Shown piece after piece: positions 61,465 to 64,000 of a stretch of 64,000 bases of DNA (positions within the stretch are counted from its first letter, which is position 1; every line of letters starts with the position of its first letter). A program made the translations under genes and the position numbers. This DNA comes from Spirochaetota bacterium (GTDB lineage Bacteria; Spirochaetota; UBA6919; CBDBPB01), in assembly GCA_965208615.1 (NCBI GenBank), contig CBDBPB010000004.1, positions 64,001 to 128,000 of the forward strand, given 5' to 3'. The notes beneath the pieces are model-generated. The model made no database searches. It had not been told where the DNA came from and was given only the letters and a program-made list of their open reading frames with translations.

Positions 61465-63081
61465 CTAATTAGTAAGATAATCTTTAAGCTGTCTTTTCTT
61501 ACTAAGCTCTTTTAACCGTTTTAGAGCTTTAGATTCTATTTGTCTTGCCCTTTCCCGTGTAATATTAAAAAAGTATCCCGCTTCTCTTAGGGTATGATTA
61601 TGGCCATCAATTAAACCAAATCTCAATTTCAAAATAGTTTGCTCCCTTATAGGTAGTGTAGAAAGAATCTTATCTAACTGCTCTTTAAGACTATAGATAG
61701 ACTGATCAGTTACGCTATACGGATCTTCTATAAAGTTAATTAAACTAACATCTTCATTGCCTACAGGGGTTTCTAATGAAATAGGCTCCATAGTAATTTC
61801 GTAAATATTCTTTACCTTTTCCAAAGCCCAACCTAATTTTTCACTTAACTCCTTAAAAGTAGGCTCACGACCAAGAACCTGTAATAAATAATTTGACTCT
61901 TTCATGAGCTTCTTCATTTGATCAACAATATGGCTAGGCAGCCTAATTAATCGCCCTTGATTAGAAATACTTTTTGTAATAGCTTGTTTTACCCACCACG
62001 TAGCATAAGTAGTAAAACGGAATCCCTTTTTATAATTAAACCTATTAACAGCTTTAATTAACCCAACATTACCTTCTTGGATCAAATCAAAAAAATGTAC
62101 GTTAAAATGTATATATTTTTTCGCAATGCTAATAACCAGCCTTAAATTAGCATTAACTAAACTATCCTTAGCAAGGGCAATTTTCTCTTTTCCTCTTATT
62201 ATGTTTTTATACCATAAAATGGCATCATTAGACTTAATGCCTAATTTATTTTCTAAAGTAGAGTAGCTCTTCTTTTCATCTATATACTTTTTTAAGGAAT
62301 CCTCTAACTCAGATGATAGCTTTATCAATTCCTTAAAAGAAAAGTCTGCATTTCTAATCCGTTTTAAAGTACTTTTAATAATATTTTTTCTTTTGCTTAC
62401 AAAAAACTCTCTTTTTAGACATTTTACATAATAGTGGGTTAACTCTTTTTCTATATCCTCTATACTGTTAATAGCATCTTTTAATGTACTATATAAACCA
62501 TTTAACCTATTACTAAGGCGTACTCTTTCATCATGAGAAAAATGGCATGAATCATTATGAGCAAATAACTGAGCAACATCAGATTTATTTTCTATAAAGC
62601 ACTTAACAAGTTTCATGGTAGAGTAAATAGTAAACTTTGATGAGAATAAACTTTCTTTAATAAGATTTTCTCCTTCTATCATCTTATTAATAAGCTTTAA
62701 CTCATCCTCAGAAGAGAGTAATGAAACCTTAGAAATCTCTTTCAGATATAAGCTAACAAGATCTTCATTATTACTTTCCTTATTTTGAGTTAAATCCTGT
62801 TCCTTAGGGTTATTAGGCTCTTTAGAAGGCTTATCAGGCTCTTTGGATAGTTTTTTATTTAAAAAAACTTTATTTTTATAACTTTGTTTATCGCCAGATA
62901 ACTTACTAACTATTGGAATATTCATATCATCCAAAACAATAAATAAGTTATCTATTATTTCACTATCAATACCATCAATAGGAAGATGGTTATTAATATC
63001 ATCATAAGTAAGTCCACCTTTACTTTTACCTAATTTTACCAATTGCTTAATCTGAGGTATTGATGTTATCTCTTTTAACAT
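61465..63081 (-). CDS. rpoD: Sigma-70 primary-type factor (divergent RpoD)
   Basis: Regions 1.1, 1.2, NLRLVISIAKKY, DLIQEGN, TYATWW and TRERARQIE; lies downstream of dnaG. Confidence 0.82.
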   Translation of the reverse strand: MLKEITSIPQIKQLVKLGKSKGGLTYDDINNHLPIDGIDSEIIDNLFIVLDDMNIPIVSKLSGDKQSYKNKVFLNKKLSKEPDKPSKEPNNPKEQDLTQNKESNNEDLVSLYLKEISKVSLLSSEDELKLINKMIEGENLIKESLFSSKFTIYSTMKLVKCFIENKSDVAQLFAHNDSCHFSHDERVRLSNRLNGLYSTLKDAINSIEDIEKELTHYYVKCLKREFFVSKRKNIIKSTLKRIRNADFSFKELIKLSSELEDSLKKYIDEKKSYSTLENKLGIKSNDAILWYKNIIRGKEKIALAKDSLVNANLRLVISIAKKYIHFNVHFFDLIQEGNVGLIKAVNRFNYKKGFRFTTYATWWVKQAITKSISNQGRLIRLPSHIVDQMKKLMKESNYLLQVLGREPTFKELSEKLGWALEKVKNIYEITMEPISLETPVGNEDVSLINFIEDPYSVTDQSIYSLKEQLDKILSTLPIREQTILKLRFGLIDGHNHTLREAGYFFNITRERARQIESKALKRLKELSKKRQLKDYLTN

Positions 63082-63093
63082 ATTGACATTCCA

Positions 63094-64000
63094 TTAAACC
63101 AAACCACTTTGTTTTAATTTGTTTTCTTCATTAATAAGAAATTGCTTTTCTTCGAGCAATTCATTAATATTTACATAGTTAGTATTACCGGCCTCTTTAA
63201 TTTTTTTAGATATCCGACTTTGTTGATTCTTAATCTCTTTTAACTTTAGTCTATTAAAACAATCCTGTATCATCTTAATAGGCTCATATATATACTTTTC
63301 ATTAAATAATTCATCAAGAACAAGCTGTCTATCCTCTTCAGTAGGCATACTCTCAACAACTTTATATACATCCAGCTTGCCAAGCTCCAAATCAACTTCA
63401 GTCATAGTCTGGAACAACTTCATAGAAAAGCCGTCACTAAGCATGGTTAACATTATTTTATTTTTATAATTACAAAACAACTCTGGATTATTCAATATAG
63501 TAAACAATAAAGTATAGTCTGGATTATTCTTTTTATTATAAGCCTTTTTTGGAACTAATATTACTTTATCTTTCTTATTAAGACTACGAGTCTTCTTATA
63601 ATCAGCATATATAGACTCCTTAGATAACTTTAAAATCTCAGAAGCATTTTTTATTACCTCTTCTTTTTTTATCTCACTATCTATGTTATCTATAAATGCA
63701 AACAAGTCAGCAATAAACTTGCCTTTTTTATGAGGATCATCAGGATTATACCTTTTAAGTGCCCATTTAATACGATAATTAATCCCTGTTTTAGCACTAT
63801 TAACGTATTTTAAAAAACTATCACTTCCGTTTCTCACAAGGAATTCACATGGGTCTAATTCATTAGGTAGCTCAACTACAAAAACCTCAATATTAGCTTT
63901 TAACGCTAGGCTAAGAGAACGTATAACAGCTCTTTGCCCTGCCTCATCGCCATCAAACACCAAAACAACTTTATCGGTATATCTCTTTATTTTTTGTATA
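63094..64000 (-). CDS. dnaG: DNA primase, C-terminal part (5' end outside window)
   Basis: TOPRIM motif FDGDEAGQRA and LDPCE; upstream of rpoD. Confidence 0.9.
   Translation of the reverse strand, partial: IQKIKRYTDKVVLVFDGDEAGQRAVIRSLSLALKANIEVFVVELPNELDPCEFLVRNGSDSFLKYVNSAKTGINYRIKWALKRYNPDDPHKKGKFIADLFAFIDNIDSEIKKEEVIKNASEILKLSKESIYADYKKTRSLNKKDKVILVPKKAYNKKNNPDYTLLFTILNNPELFCNYKNKIMLTMLSDGFSMKLFQTMTEVDLELGKLDVYKVVESMPTEEDRQLVLDELFNEKYIYEPIKMIQDCFNRLKLKEIKNQQSRISKKIKEAGNTNYVNINELLEEKQFLINEENKLKQSGLV

Overview
Low-GC bacterial chromosome segment, most likely a spirochaete. This is inferred from a spirochaete-type FliD with a central insert, an OmpA-type N-terminal domain protein, a bacterial XPB helicase and the tmRNA tag ADNQELALAA. 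Housekeeping content: htrA/degP, prfB with its +1 frameshift site, a PAS kinase/LuxR pair, a Moco operon with an internal Moco riboswitch, ribBA, xerD, mtnP, lspA, fur, mutS2, leuS, sbcCD, ssrA, iscS, rpmE, rho, fliD, icd, rnpB, rpoD and dnaG. The most unusual signal is a non-coding family of transposon-like elements with TGT...ACA termini and TTCTA-type motifs spaced about 24 bp apart, present at eight sites and with no transposase in the window. One copy carries a 15 x 74-bp satellite of its own left end and is flanked by a 246-bp direct duplication of the fur 3' end. Smaller relatives bracket a decaying restriction-modification locus and sit at junctions of a scrambled defence region next to tmRNA. 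Also notable: a gNOR-like heme-copper oxidase lacking CuA, a FliD with an apparent Sec signal peptide, a divergent RpoD, and two A9 homopolymer frameshifts.
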